Shown here: positions 24,400 through 36,043 of the stretch, one piece after another
Numbering within the stretch: position 1 is the first letter of the stretch
Layout of the letters: each line of letters starts with the position of its first letter
From: Salisapilia sapeloensis CBS 127946
Taxonomy: Eukaryota; Protista; Oomycota
Assembly: GCA_023334545.1 (NCBI GenBank)
Contig: JAADVB010000031.1
Span: 1 to 64,000, forward strand
Direction of reading: 5' to 3'
DNA: 64,000 bases
Program-made: the position numbers and the translations under genes
The notes under the pieces: generated by a model
What the model was told of the DNA's origin: nothing
Database searches by the model: none
Seen by the model: the letters and a program-made list of their open reading frames with translations, nothing else

Positions 24400-27300
24400 G
24401 TGTCTTTTTTGCAAATAACAAAAGCACCCTTAGGCGCAAATAACTGTATATATCTCAACTTGAATACGTTCTAAGCCGCATTGATCCGTCTTGTAAAAAT
24501 GTAGCTAAACAAAATTTGAATTGGCACGCATATTGCTTGGCTTCTAACAACATACACTCGAAGACAACTATGGTAACCGTCTCAGTTGCTAATATAGTAA
24601 CAATCGCAAATTTATTATCAACACATCAATTGCAGCAGATTTATGTTTGTAAAGACAGCTAAATAATCACATAATCTCTAAATTATCAATAAAATAAATG
24701 CCAGGTTACAAAATATTTCAACTAAAATACAAGACTATATATGCAGTAAGTAGCAACAAGGTAAAACCGTTTAATAAACAAATGCTGTATCTAGTAAATG
24801 TCGTTTTACAACAGATATTCGTTATTTACAAACTTTTTTATTAATTAATTTGAGTTATAAAATACAAAACGATAGTTAGTGCTAAAATGAGGTTAATTGA
24901 CGTAAATGTTTTGTGTACTTCTTTTAGTTTAATATTATACCAAAAGAAATTTTTCTTTGCAATAATATAAAACTAAGAACATAAAAAGCTTATCGTTTGC
25001 AGTATATACAAAAGTAAATATGTCAGCTTAGTTATTTTGAAAACGTACATGACAACATACAATGCTTGCTAACTCATATATTAAAAGGTCGTATATGTTA
25101 AATATATTCTAACAATTAAATTAATGACTTTATATGTTGTTAGCTTTTGTACTAAAAATTATTTTTACTCAGCTAGTTGTATTACCTAAATTTAAAACAA
25201 ATACACTGTAAAACAGTTTTAAGCAAAAGATTAACAAAATAATCACAACCAAAATCTTTACATTGCCTTGAAAAACTGTGAATGATGCATCAATACTAAA
25301 TCAATGTATGTTGTCATTCAATTCAAACATAAAAAAGACCTTTTAAGTAAAAAAGATACGAAGCGTTCACGTAGTAACAAATTGCCGAAGACCAAGCAAA
25401 CCTTAACATCAGTTTTACCTAAACATATAGAAGGCCAGTTTTAACATTGCTTACAAGAATATATACAAAAAGTGTGGAATTCCAGCAATGCTAATCAACC
25501 TTACAATTCTAAAATGCGGCAACATTATTCTACTTATATAAAAATAAAAGTTAGAATTTATAACAAATCAATCCGTAAATTTTAATGCTTTAAACAACCA
25601 GCAAATCGTAGTATACAAAGCATTATAAAACTTTTGCTAGTTTGTGCAATCGTCTTAAAGTTTTACAAACTACTTTAAAATAAAAATAGAGAAAATATAA
25701 TTAAATTTGTACATTACATAATAAGCATTGTTAAAAAAGAAAGTAAATAGATTTAACAATAACTGTATTATAGACAATAACATCTTCAATGTTTTCAAAC
25801 AAGCTGTATTCTTAATCAATAAACTTTTTGCAGACCTTGATACAACAATTGATAGGCACTGTTTAAGCTTTAAAGTTGTTTTGTCGTTTTGTGTAAGCAA
25901 AAATAATTACAAAATTTTATTTTTTATTCTAAATAAATGCAAACGGTTTTGTTAACATGTTAATATTATTAGTGTTAAAAGTAATGCATATATTTAATAT
26001 CAGGAGCTTTTATTTTTGTAGACATAGTCTTGTTATAAATTAGTTGCTATTTTTGTTGTATAAGTTTTGCTTTAAAGCATGATCAAAAATGTATAAACCT
26101 TTAACGTAAATGAATCATTAATGCTTAATGCACAAATCTATTCGGTTTAATCGTATTAAGCTCTATAAATGACCTGCTTGCAAGCTGTCATTTTAAATTG
26201 GTGATAAAATTTTAGTTACAGACATATGCCCAATCAATAACGATATTTTGAATTACAGTATGTTTTTGTTAAAATGTATCGTAGTTTAGTTTATTATTAG
26301 AAGATGTTTGCAAATTTTGTCTAATAGCTTTATATGGTTAATTACAATGTTTCGTTTTTTGTCAAAGTTTACCTGTGCATTTAGCTTTTGTAAGTTTAAT
26401 TAAAAAGTAGGTAAAACAATATTTAACGTTGTAAAAAACATACATATTTTTAGTTTTTATAAATGCACTTCTAAATTTTTGTATTATATCAGCTCGTTAT
26501 TTTATTTAAACCAGATATAAAAAAGATTTAATATACAAAGCTAAATTTTTTGTATTCTTGTGAAAACTTTACAGAACAATATACTAGTACCTTGTTAACA
26601 ACGTTAGTTTTTTTTGTGTGATTTGTTTAAGAAAACATTGTACTGTAGAAAAAAAACTTTTTAAATAATAGTGAGTTTCTAATACTTCTTAAATGTTTTA
26701 CTTTATGTTGATAAAACATAATGATTAGACTAAAACAGATCAAATAATATATTAGTTTTAAACTATCTATGATGTATTTATGTTAGCTTATTTTTAAGAT
26801 TAAGGAATCTTTACTTGCTTTTAAAATTACAAATATTATTTAATTGTACAATATCTATCGTTACAATTTATTATTTCATTTGTTTAGAGTGTTGCTGTTA
26901 AGCGTAAAAATACAGATTTAGTTTATTGACGTATTGTATGGTTGTTTTGTATGTGTCAAATTGTATTCACTATATAAACTTTAGCAAATTGCTCGTAGCA
27001 TGTGCACAGTATGCGCTGTATGCTGAGTTTGTGTAATGAATTTTATATTGTATGTGTTGAAAAAGAAAAATAGAAAAGCTATATTATATTCTTGTATACA
27101 TACCATAAATATTAATATAAGTTTGCAGCTAAAAATATTTGAGTTCGCTAATTTCAATTTTTATCAACATATTAGATTTTTGCTATAAAATTTTTTTATG
27201 AGAATAGAGTTTTACTTAATGTTTTTTATCTATAAACAGATTTAGTTGTTGACAAAATAAACAATTGATTTAAGCATTTGTTTTTAGAGCCAATTATAAG

Positions 27301-27480
27301 CGTTGATCTCGCTGCCATTTTCAACAGCCTTTAGAAAAGAATATAATACACTTTTACAAAGATATGTTAGCAATTTAGATACGATAGTCTTGTGACAGAA
27401 ATCTAGGACGTACAGCATGTATTATGTTTTTATATTTTTGTCAAATAGTGGTTATTTGTGTAGCGTTTGGTGTCATATTA
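24400..27480. other. Extremely AT-rich, ORF-free core of a gene-free island (~22% GC in samples)
   Basis: Hand-counted 300-nt samples gave 23% and 21% GC, against roughly 50% in flanking genes. Stops occur in all frames and the dinucleotide bias is strong (see findings). Boundaries are gradual. Confidence 0.9.
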
Positions 27481-28237
27481 CATCATTTAATAAGATGTAC
27501 TGGGTGGTGAAGTATGGCTGAGCTGTTAGCGCGAACTTTTATACAATCAGTGTAGGGATCAGAAGCCGGTCTGTACGTGACTCCATGTCAAAGTCAGTAC
27601 TACTGCAACACCAGCATCACAGAGCTAGATATGTCTTGCCATTGAACGAATTTTGCGATTTTATATTGCCTTCTCAAGCCAGCATTCTAGAAATTAGAGA
27701 CGGATGACAAGCGTCCTCTTGTTACATCTTGCTTCGCGAGCACAGCCTGATCTGATCAATGACGTAGAGTTCATATAGTCCACTTTTTTATGTTGGTAAA
27801 ATTGATCGTTATGCAGTTGTCGTACAAATGAAAGACATGAATGAATAATTTTGTTGTAGAACTTGCTGCTCAAGTCTGGATCATTAAGCCTGTATGAGTC
27901 AGGTATTACCGCTATACTCTAATTCATGACACTATCAAGATACTGTCATCTCCTGTAAAGTGCCTCTCGAGATGTACTCCTACTACTTGCAAGTCTACAT
28001 CATGTAGCTGCAATGCTTTTACGTCCATGCAGTCTGGGCTCAGCATGCACGATCTTCAGAGTCGACCGTTTTAAACAAGGTTTGCTGCATAGCTGCTTTA
28101 CCTAGGTGCCTAGATCTAGTGAATGTTGATATTAGGTGGGAACTATCTGCAGAAAGCAGATAGCCCCGGCGCACAGGAGAGAGAGCGTATTTGGGGGTAG
28201 ACATAAATGAGTCAGGTATGGTCAATGGTCCATACCT

Positions 28238-28884
28238 CTACCAATGTCTGATGTCATCCGGAAGTATGTTCTGGACTGCCTCAAGTTCCGGCCGTAGCTC
28301 TGTATAAGCCATTTTGTCGTAAGCACGCAGGTGGTATGTCCAGGAGAGCACCAATACGTGTGCCGCAAGCGATCTGTATTTGTGAAACGATTGTTTCAGA
28401 CGTGAAGCCTTTGGGTCCACTCCGCGCTGAAGTTGCCATAGGATGACGGCATTGTCTCCTACGGCATGAAGGCGACTTAAATGTAGAGATTTTGCCCCTT
28501 GAAGTCCAGTCAGCAAGCTCCAGTATTCAGCTTTGTTATTCGTCGTCCGACGATTTGCGAGAAAGGTACTACCTATCAAAGGAACTCCCCGCTCCAGAGT
28601 CAACGTTTCGCGAGCTCGACCATTCTGTACCAAGTACAGTCTAATGCTTTAAGCTTGGCACTGTATCTTCTAGGATGCTGTTGTAGTCGTTTTAACCAAC
28701 AATTATACTTTAGCGTAATTATCATTATCATCCAGCCGTAATTGGCATAGTAGAATATATTAAAAGTTATATATATGTGATGGAGAGCCGCAGCATTAGT
28801 GTATGGCAGTAAAGATGTTAACATTCTAACGGCGATCTGCGGAAGTAGACATCGCAGCACTCTTTCTAGTCCATGAGAACACAT
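28238..28884 (-). mobile_element. Degenerate retroelement relic with archaeal-type RNase H domain (probably the C-terminus of an L1-like non-LTR element; Ty3/gypsy not excluded)
   Basis: TTNNKAEYWSLLTGL...LHAVGDNAVIL...SWTYHLRAYDKMAY matches the RNase HI NNxAEY / GDS / HxxRxxNxxAD layout. An upstream frame reads LHHIYITFNIF...RLQQHP, resembling an L1 ORF2 C-terminus. It is frameshifted. Confidence 0.72.
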
Positions 28885-30016
28885 ATCAATGCTTCATTTG
28901 ACCTTAAAAGTACAAAGCAAACAACATGACCAATTCACTCAGTTCTGTAGGTAGCCACTGTTCCTTAAATTCACCGCAGGAAGCAAAATCGAAGTTATGA
29001 CGTTGAGGTTTTCTGCTAGCAGACGCAGTCTTGTGTTATACGGAAGTTTTCTGCTTGCTCGCATGTCGCAAAATCTAGCGAATGGCAGCCTAGTGCGTGG
29101 TCGCGTTTAGTTTAGTTTATTAGAGAATCAATTCGCGGTACTGCTAATGTGTCCATTGCGCAGTAGTTGTCGTGCTTGTATAGGGCTTATTGAAGCTTAC
29201 AAGTTTTTCTCGTACACCAAGGATCGGTGTCGGTGACAAGGAGAATAAATTTCAACACTGCTCAGCGACGTAGCTTACAAAGTTGTCGATAAACGGCTGC
29301 TACGACATGTTCAGATCTATCTCTTCTATCTTTAGACTCAACACTTTCACTTACCTGCTACATGACCTGCACGATTAAATCTGCTACAGGAACTCTGGAC
29401 TATTCTGCTAGAACAACGGCAGCCACCTTAGAGTGCAATCTACACCAAGTACCTTTCGCCTGTTGTGACGTATGATGCGCCTATGAAGGTGCTGGATAAT
29501 AGAGATTGCTACTTAGTCTCAAGACGTAACGCAGTTTGACATCTCTATTTCACTACTCCATCTTATGTAGACTTGCATGAACCATCAAGATCTACCCGAT
29601 AACAGATAATATATGTGTGCTTCGCTGCTGTAAATCACTGCCTAACAAAGTAAATTCGTAGTAGCTGTGAACGGAGAGTTGCTTTCTGCATCTCTACGTT
29701 TGCTTCAATAGTGCACTTGTTTGATGCGTCCCTAATGGCTAAACCAATCCACCACATACCAATTCAACTGAATCTAATTACATAATCAGACGAGTACTTG
29801 TAAAGGCACCCGAGAAGCTCATGCGGAAAAACGAGATAAAAGGTAGTAAAATGGCCATTTATTCAGAAAGACTCGATGTACGCTGCCTAGTAGTCGTATG
29901 TACGTCACATCATCCCTTCCGAACTTCGACAAGGTCATCTATTCTTTCAATAGGAAGAGGAAACTTCGGTACGAACTCTGAAAAAGTTTACTTTTGATTC
30001 TAGAACTTTGGCTAGT

Positions 30017-30022
30017 GATTGG
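30017..30022. promoter_or_regulatory. Candidate CCAAT box (GATTGG) upstream of the DNL-zinc-finger gene
   Basis: GATTGG lies ~55 bp before the ATG at 30078. Confidence 0.4.
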
Positions 30023-30077
30023 GTGAAAATGGTCGGATGGTAGTATAAAGAATTGACACTTAACTAGGAAGCAAACG

Positions 30078-30637
30078 ATGGCGAGTACTTATCGAGGCGT
30101 TGCGCGTGCACTGGCGCGAGTGGTGCAGACAAAGGCACCCAAGCGGACGCTCGTTCAGCTGCAATCTCAAGCTTTTGCTCCGACGTTCCAGAAGCCGATT
30201 ACATGGCGTAGTTTGAGTACGTCACCTCCGACAGTCGGCAGTGGCGATGCATCGGACCCGACAAAAGGCTTCGAGGACGTCCCAGGGACGAAACTCGCGG
30301 GTGACAAGTTCACCATGGTCTACACGTGCAACGGTAGTCTCCTTTCGTGTCTACTCCCTTGTAGTGCGTGCTGACGTTGGCGATAGTGTGCGAGACGAGG
30401 GCAGCCAAGACGATCAGTAAGAACGCGTATGACAACGGGGTGGTGCTAGTGCGATGTCCTGGCTGTGAGAACCTACACCTGGTCGCCGACCGCCTCGGCT
30501 GGTTCGATGACGACTCGACGGACGTGGAGAGCATTTTGAGCGACAAGGGCGAGCAGGTGCGCGTCGTGACAGGGGACAACGTGCTGGAGCTGACGGACAA
30601 GGACCTACTAGGCGACAAAGCTCCGAAAGACGAATAG
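30078..30637 (+). CDS. DNLZ: Mitochondrial DNL-type zinc-finger Hsp70 escort protein (Zim17/Tim15/HEP1)
   Basis: FTMVYTC-(intron)-VCETRAAKTISKNAYDNGVVLVRCPGCENLHLVADRLGWF, with an Arg/Ala-rich presequence. Confidence 0.9.
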
Positions 30638-30690
30638 AAACAGTCTCTAGTAGATATGATGTGGCAAGTAGGTTTTTATTCTTGAGCAGA

Positions 30691-32296
30691 CTACACATTG
30701 TCTCCTTCCTTGAGGTACTTGAGCCAAGGCCGTCGTCCGCCGCCTCGGAAGAGCACTTGCTCGTGCGTATTCACCTGGACGGACGGGTTCGCAGACGCCA
30801 GCTTGGACGCCTTGTTCCTGCGCGTGGAGTCCATGCCGTTGGTCTCAATGTGCTCCTTGCGCTTCTTGCTCTGGTTCTGGTGCCGCCGCATGTGCTCTCT
30901 CCAGCCGTCCTCTTTGCCGTAGACTCTGGAGCACACGGCGCATCGGAACCACTTGCGGCCGTCCTTCTCCTCCACGATCGGCGCCACCTCGTCCGGGACG
31001 TCCATGGGCTGGAGCTCCTCTTGCTTGGCGTTGGCATCCGTCTTGGACGTGTCTTTGCCAGGGCAGTTGTGGAACTGGAGGCCTCGTCGGGCGTTGAACT
31101 TCATGTTGCAGGTGGGGCACGTGAACACCGGGAGGGGCTTGTCGTCCGTCCGTCGAGTCATGCCGCCCATGTACTTATTGGTGGCGCCTCCAGACGTCTG
31201 CGCAGCGTACATCTCTTTGCCTGTCTCGAGGTAGGCTGCGATGACGCACCCAGCCACGACGGCGTGGAACTGATGGACATGCTCTCTCAGGTCTCTGAAC
31301 TCGGCGAACATCTTCTTGGCTCTCGTCCCGACGATCTCGTGCAGGTCCAAGTTGCTGATGGTGTGGTCGATCAGTCGACAGGCTTTTTGTTTCATCTTGA
31401 ATGGCGTTAGTCGACTCGTATCACTAGAGTACGAGACAGCCTACCTGGTCCTTGTACCCGATTCGAGTCCTTCGCTCGTCCTTGCCCATCTGACTCAGGT
31501 TCATCTCGACGAACTCTGCCGCTCGTCGCAGGTTCCCGGACATGTCTCCATCCTAGGCTAGTCTTAGTCCTACCACCCTATGTCTAGACATGAAAGAGGT
31601 ACTTGGGAGATGAGTGTCCGGAGGTTGTGGCCGCTCGAGAAGAGCTTGTTAGGTGCAGGGCCGTGGTGGGACTTGTCTTCTTCGCCCTCGAACTTGCGGA
31701 AGGCGCTGCCTTCGTGGACGATGTGGTCCTGCACGACCGTTCCGCAGCCGTTGCCGTCGGGTCCGTTGCAGATCGTGTCTCCTCGCGCGTAGTCCGTGAT
31801 GAAATAGTTCTGCTCCGTGTTCCCACACGTCTCGCAGCGGAAGCGAGGAGCTATATGTTGTACACAGGACGACAAGACAAAGCTATTGAGTACTTGATGC
31901 GCACGTGTGTATTCGATATACAAGAGAGCACACACCCGTCTTTTGCTCCACGTCTCGCTCCGAGAACTCGTCTGCGTCCGACTTGCCTGCCTGACGCATC
32001 TTTTTGATTAAGACCATGACGTCCCCCACCTTCATCTCCGGCACGAGGAGGTTGACGATCTGGTCCTCCATGGGCAACGCAGGCGTATTGTCCGGCACAT
32101 GCTTCTTGGCTGGGGCTTTGGTCGGCACAGGCGCCTTCTTCACAGGCTCTTCTTGCGGCGCTGGCGACGGAGGTTTGCTGCTCGTGGCCTAGTGTAGAGG
32201 TCATGGAAATTATGGCAATGTCTAGAATAGAGCAAGTGGACAGCGTACCTGGTTGAGGGCCGCGAAGAAGTCGGCGGCGTTTTCGTCCAAGTCCAT
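30691..32296 (-). CDS. TFIIB-like protein (Zn ribbon + cyclin-like helix bundle) with C-terminal C2H2-type zinc fingers
   Basis: RCETCGN...DYARGDTICNGPDGNGCGTVVQDHIVHEGSAFRKF (TFIIB ribbon/B-reader). Later FTCPTCNMKF...HNC and FRCAVCSRVY...HMRRH. Confidence 0.75.
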
Positions 32297-32347
32297 TCTC
32301 GGTACAAACAAAAGTGATTCAGAGGAGCCAAGAGAGACGTATTTCAG

Positions 32348-32353
32348 CCAATC
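32348..32353. promoter_or_regulatory. Candidate CCAAT box upstream of the TFIIB-like gene
   Basis: AGCCAATCA lies ~52 bp upstream of the minus-strand ATG at 32296. Confidence 0.4.
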
Positions 32354-32579
32354 ACAACTGTAAACAGGGATTTTCACCCTATCAAATGAGCTGACGGGAC
32401 GAGTGCAAGATGTCGAGAGGACGAGTACTCTTTCTCGGTGTGCTATGGCGACGGACAAGAGTTTATGAGGTACAAGAGTGGATGGAGTAGACTGGTGGAT
32501 TGTATTGTCGTTTTCTACTGAATGAAGGAGGGATGCTGAGCGATCGACTGGACTGATTCTTTGGTCTGGATGGAGGTTG

Positions 32580-33024
32580 CTACTGCTGCTCTTCGTCTCG
32601 CTTTGGCGGAGGACCACAGGGCTGGAGCATCTTTTCCAGCATCGAGTACTGCATGCGCCCGATGGCTTCGTTCTCGGCCACGGCAAAGTAGCTCAGCATG
32701 TCGTAGTGGCCCAAGTGCGACGCCAGGGTGTCACGTTGCTGGTTCACTGCCCATTCACTAAGCGTACATGATACATGAGTGGATTGAAGACCGTAAAGAA
32801 GAAAGAAAGAGCCTACAATTTCGTAATGTCCGCATGACCGGTGCCGACGTATTTGGCCTGGAGATGCTCCCACTGGCGGTTGATGTTGTAGCGATCGGCA
32901 GCCTACAGCTAGCTCATCAGTACGTCTGCTTGGTAACGTGCCTATGCAGGTGTATTATTGAGCCGTAGAGCTTGCATACAAGCAAGGCATGGCTAGACAA
33001 GTGCCCCTAACGAATACTCACCAT
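32580..33024 (-). CDS. SF3B5: Splicing factor 3B subunit 5 (SF3b10)
   Basis: Spliced M-AADRYNINRQWEHLQAKYVGTGHADITKF-EWAVNQQRDTLASHLGHYDMLSYFAVAENE...EKMLQPCGPPP. The ATG-only first exon is inferred. Confidence 0.93.
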
Positions 33025-33271
33025 TTGGACTTTGGCAGTCCTGGTCAAGTCGTCCCACAGAAATATAAATAATTGATCTAAGCAGCTCTATGCTGCATCC
33101 TAAATTAGTTACCTCGTTACATTGAAGTTACATGGAAGCGTGGAAGACAAAGGGATACAAGTTTACTACGGTGCTTCCTTCGCAGAGGAAGCACGGGAGA
33201 CGTTATACAGTTAAATCCATAGCATCAAGCAAGTAAGGATATCGGCTGTGTATTTCAGATCGAAACGAAAC

Positions 33272-34932
33272 TTACGATGTCAATAAGTCAGCGCAACAGC
33301 GACTTCGGTAGGCCATTCGACACATCGGACACAGTGGACACTCGTAGATGTTAAAGGTTTCAAAGGAAGAGAGGCAGTTATCGTGGAACATGTGGGAGCA
33401 ACTGAGCAGGCGAGTCGATGCTGGGGTTCTGTACAAAGCGCCGTCAGTACACAACATAGAACGCTAGACCGTAAGACGCGTACCCGAACGCATTAAGACA
33501 GATCGCGCAGTCCGACTCATTTCGTGACATCGCCTGATCGAAAAATCAAATTAGCAAGACTTCAATTGAAAAGGCAGCAATAGTTCAACACCTTGGCGTA
33601 GATTGATGCCCAGTCTTCTTTCGATCCTACTTCATCATCTTGGCCAAACATTCGTCGACTTAGTGATAGCGACCGATCGAACTCTTGCAAGAACGCGTCG
33701 ATCGAATCGTCGTGCTTTTGATTCGCCTTTAAAAGCCGATCTGCAGCCCGACTCATTCTACCGAAATACAGCATCAAACATCTTGACTGATATATGGGCT
33801 TTGCTCTACCTATAAGCTACCTGTTTGCTAGAAAGGTGCGTCGACGCTGAGGATCACCTTTGCCTTCACGATAGAACTATTGATAGCACAAGTGGTGTCT
33901 GTTAGTAGTGGCAGGAAACAGGATAGAATAACAGCACCAAGTACCTGTCGGTAGAGAAGTTCTGCCTTGCGCCGAGCAAGGAAGCCTCGACAAGCAGCTT
34001 GGAGAGTGATGGCACTCTGCTGCCTATGATACTCAAAAGCTATCGTCGTCTTCTTGGCCTCATAGTTTTGCTTTCGACAGAGCGGACACACTCGATCTTT
34101 TACTTGTAGAAACCTGAGAGCTGTCAATATAAAGAAATTAAACCAAACCAAGCATTGCAGCTCGTACCGTTCAAAGCTAGCAAGACAATCGACGTGGAAA
34201 ACATGAGAGCAGCTTAGGATCACAGGCTCTTTTGAACCAAACGACTCCCAACAAATAGAGCACGGATGCTTCAAGTCGTTACGCTTACTAGCTAGCTGTT
34301 CACACAGACTCCATTCGGTGCTTGATAGTTTCGACGAAGATATCCTACTCTATTGTTACATGGATTGGCGATAGATTCATAAACGTGATTCTAGTGAGCT
34401 AGTACGTTGCACCCCTTGTCTGGGACTTCCTTTTCGGTTGATGCTTGATTCGATATTGGGTCTCGACGGGTATGACACAGAGAACAGTAATCTCGATAAT
34501 CGTCACCTCGATCTACGTTCTCCGTTGCGCATGATTCACAGACCCAAAGTTGCGATGAAGTAGCCTCTTGGTTATACCTTGCTGCAATCAGGGATTTCGC
34601 CGAGATGACGATCTTGCTCGAAGTTGAGATCTGTCCACCCATCAATTGTTAGTGCTACCTTTAATCCATTTGCATTCCGGACTTACTTTAGTCTGGGTAG
34701 TGCGAATGCAATCTTTGAGACTCGGCGCTAGGCCCAAGCCAACAGACCGAGCTAGATTTCTCTACTTCCCATCAGGAATTGATAAAAACACAAAGCAGAT
34801 AAGCGTAAATAATATATTGATCTTTACTTGGATTGCAGCAGAGTTTGTGGGAAAAGACGATCTTGCTATCCTGTTTGGCATGGTGCTCCATTCAAATGGT
34901 AGGCGCTTTGCATTATCAGCAGGCGTTTCCAT
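33272..34932 (-). CDS. RNF32-like double-RING + IQ protein with a RanBP2-type zinc finger in the N-terminal part
   Basis: CSICWESF...LSCSHVFHVDCLASFE...CPLCR, IQ-like AITLQAACRGFLARRK, second RING LSCSHMFHDNCLSSFE...CPMCR and upstream WVCESCATEN...CSLCHT. Confidence 0.75.
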
Positions 34933-35053
34933 CTCTACCTTTATAAATAGTCCTGGTACAAGTTGTTTTGCAGTCCGTTACTCCATAATCCTTTTTCTTC
35001 TCAGGCTGGGTCCGTAACACCCACGCGCTTTGCATTATATTGTGCAATTGATA

Positions 35054-36043
35054 ATGGTTCGACCCATGTACTCTACAGCCGCGGATACGAAATCTAGTTC
35101 TTCTCATGCGTACGAACGAGGTGAAAAGATGTCTCGGCTACCAAAGCTCGAAGCGAGTGAGATGATGGATGAGAAGGAGTCGTACCACAAAGAGGACATG
35201 ACCCGAGCAGCTGAAGCCAAGTTGGATCTTGAGGTCGAACGAGAATGGAAGCAGATTCAGAGTGATAGCTGCACACCAAAAGTAGAAGTTTCAAGGAATC
35301 CCCTCGCACGAAAGATTTGTCGAGGACTTGTCATGTATATTTCCAATTAATACAAAGGTATACTGTGGTTCTCATCTCTACGATAGCAACCACATGAACA
35401 TGCGGTGCGCAGATACCGGTAGACTGATGTGGCAATCGGATGAATGGTGAGAATGTTTCCATGGCTCTCTTGATACGGTTGGATCTAGACTTTGCGATCT
35501 TACCAATAATGACGTAGGGCAGAGGATGTCTTTGAAGTGGAGCAAGAGGGTACTTGCATGAATTATATGCTACAAGTCGTCGTCCTAGTTCCTAACTTTT
35601 AAATTTACTTGTAGCGAAGATCCCGGCAGAGATCTTGAGATGCCCAGCAGTGTCACGAGAAATCAACTTTAGCTCTGTCGAGTCCATCGATCACTTCCGG
35701 TTAGAACAACGACTGTACCTCGATGGTTCTTGCGTTGAAGGTATTATATGCTTTGCAGCAGCATCGACTTGGAATCTCATGAAATATATTAGAGTGGATC
35801 TTTAATTTCGGCTTTGTGATGCCAAACTCGACCAACTCGTGGCAGCAAACGATAGAAGCAGAGGATACGGATAACATGTTTGACCCAGAGCTGATCAGGT
35901 AATCGATATTAGACTAGTCTGGCGGATTGATACCAGTGATGTCTGACAATACGCAATACAGCGGCAAATTGGTGATTGAAACAGGTTTTTATGATGGAGA
36001 CATGACGATCGCCAAGACCGTCTACCGGATATACTACGTCTAG
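35054..36043 (+). CDS. PDE6D: PDE-delta (prenyl-binding ciliary trafficking protein) with acidic N-terminal extension, many short exons
   Basis: Exons give NHMNMRCADTGRLMW, KIPAEILRCPAVSREINFSS, FRLEQR, FNFGFVMPNSTNSWQQTIEA and GKLVIETGFYDG...RIYYV*. Confidence 0.88.

Noticed and set aside
24550-27320. Fragments in the AT core resembling L1 or Ty3 motifs (STLIIGSKN, CNLAFILL, CVDN, GLLGLRQFV, SIDAS)
   Set aside because: They fall in inconsistent frames with wrong spacing, and short matches are expected by chance in AT-rich DNA. The core's origin cannot be named from this.
24400-27480. AT core as classical fungal RIP or CpG-methylation decay
   Set aside because: CpA is abundant and CpG is near expectation in the samples, so neither signature fits.
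24400-27480. AT core as a NUMT or recent viral insertion
   Set aside because: There are no long ORFs, rRNA or tRNA-like segments, and stops occur in all frames. This is not formally excluded without a BLAST search.
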